NCBI GenBank assembly: GCA_963822965.1 | Contig: CAWGJT010000012.1 | Coordinates: 352,001 to 416,000, forward strand | Reading direction: 5' to 3' | DNA length: 64,000 nt | Origin: an uncultured delta proteobacterium | Lineage (GTDB): Bacteria > Myxococcota_A > UBA9160 > UBA4427 | Shown here: in pieces, positions 62,827 to 64,000 of the stretch | Numbering within the stretch: position 1 is the stretch's first letter | How the letters are laid out: each line of letters starts with the position of its first letter | Made by a program: the position numbers and the translations under genes | The notes under the pieces: model-generated | Database searches by the model: none | What the model saw: only the letters and a program-made list of their open reading frames with translations | What the model was told of the DNA's origin: nothing

Positions 62827-63291
62827 ATGCGCGTATTGGGAGTCGATCTGGGCAGCCGTCGAATCGGACTCGCCGTCTCGGACGCCGAGGGTAGCTTCGC
62901 GTTTCCTCTGGACGCGATCGAGAGCCGCGGCCTCGCTCGCGACGTCGAGGTGCTGCGCGTGCTGATCGCCGAACGGGAGGTCGAGCAGGTGGTCGTCGGA
63001 CTGCCCCTGCACATGAGCGGCCGCGCCGGGCCCGAGGCGGAGAGCGCCCGCCGGTTCGCGACGGCCCTCGGGGGAAGCGCCGGGGTCCCCGTGGACCTCC
63101 TGGACGAGCGCTGGACGACGGCGGAGGCCGAGCGCGCGCTCCAGACGGGACCGGGCGGCCGGGGCAGGCGCCGCGCGGCCCGCAAGAGCGGCGAGCGGGA
63201 CTCCATGGCCGCCTCGATCCTGCTTCGCACCTGGCTCGACCGTGACGCTTCCCGTGCCCGGGAGGCGGCCCGCCAGGAGGATCCCGCGTGA
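62827..63291 (+). CDS. ruvX: YqgF/RuvX nuclease
   Basis: GVDLGSRRIGLAVSD, VGLPL, DERWTT, DSMAA. Confidence 0.93.
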   Translation: MRVLGVDLGSRRIGLAVSDAEGSFAFPLDAIESRGLARDVEVLRVLIAEREVEQVVVGLPLHMSGRAGPEAESARRFATALGGSAGVPVDLLDERWTTAEAERALQTGPGGRGRRRAARKSGERDSMAASILLRTWLDRDASRAREAARQEDPA

Positions 63292-64000
63292 AGCGCTGGC
63301 TGGCCGCACTCGCGCTCGCGGCGACCGGGGGCGTCGCGCTCCTCGGGACGCTCGCGTACGTTGCCCACCAGCACCTCCAGCCGGTGGTGGGGGGGACGCA
63401 GCCGCGATCGCCTTCGATGTCGAACGCGGCCGCAGCCTGCGGCAGGTGGCGACCGGTCTCGAGGCCGCGGGTCTCGTCCGCGACGCCGAGACGCTCGTCT
63501 GGCTCGCGCGTTGGCGGGGCTGGGAGTCTTCGATCAAGGCCGGCGAGTACGAGCTGTCGCCCGCCTGGTCGGCGGAGCGGGTGCTCGAGCAGATCATCTC
63601 GGGCCGGGTGCGCACGTATACGACCGTGCTGCCCGAGGGCATCCGCGCGACGGAGATCGCCGAGCGCCTGGACGAGGCGGGCCTCACGCGGCGAGAGGAC
63701 TTCCTGCGCGTGGTTCGGGATGCGGCGTTCGCGAAGTCCCTGGGCGTACCCGCCCCGACCCTCGAAGGATATCTCTACCCGGAGACCTACGAGCTCCCGC
63801 GCGACCTCCCGCCCGAGCAGCTGGCCCGGATCCTCGTCGACCAGTTCAACGCGGCGTGGCGCGAGATCGAGCCCGAGGCGCACGGCCTCGAGCTCACGAA
63901 GCACCAGATCGTCACGCTGGCGTCGATCGTCGAGAAGGAGACCGCGACGCCGGACGAACGGCCGCTGATCGCGGCCGTCTTCCTGAACCGGCTCCGCAAG
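63288..64000 (+). CDS. mltG: Endolytic transglycosylase, frameshifted at G7 (63389-63395), truncated by window end
   Basis: N-terminal TM, then in shifted frame IKAGEYEL, LPEG, LEGYLYPETY, LASIVEKE, AVFLNRL. Confidence 0.88.

Overview
Very GC-rich bacterial chromosome segment. The gene order (pgpA-cinA-recA-pilT-like-alaS, ispE-tRNA-Gln-prs-rplY-pth, rpsF-rpsR-rplI-dnaB) suggests a Myxococcota/deltaproteobacterial genome; this is inference only. The left part (1-31 kb) is accessory. It holds a partial aryl-polyene/xanthomonadin-like lipid cluster (FkbO/Hyg5 chorismatase, AMP-ligase, KS, CLF, GT2, acyltransferase) beside a B12-radical SAM enzyme, a PaaX-like regulator/desaturase pair, and a vWA-PspA-membrane operon divergent from a two-component system with an 11-bp tandem operator. 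The right part is mostly housekeeping. The most notable unannotated signal is at about 27.84-28.35 kb on the minus strand: a candidate ~360-nt purine-rich ncRNA with about 20 GGA motifs, a sigma54 -24/-12 promoter, two upstream palindromes and an intrinsic terminator, resembling a CsrB/Rsm-type protein sponge. Also present are a structured intergenic element at 31.3 kb, 58-bp repeats of the tRNA-Gln 3' end, and a 23-bp tandem array over the start of a CDP-alcohol phosphatidyltransferase gene. Three single-base frameshifts (pdxR-like, pilT-like, mltG) probably reflect sequencing error. All calls come from reading the sequence; no searches were run.
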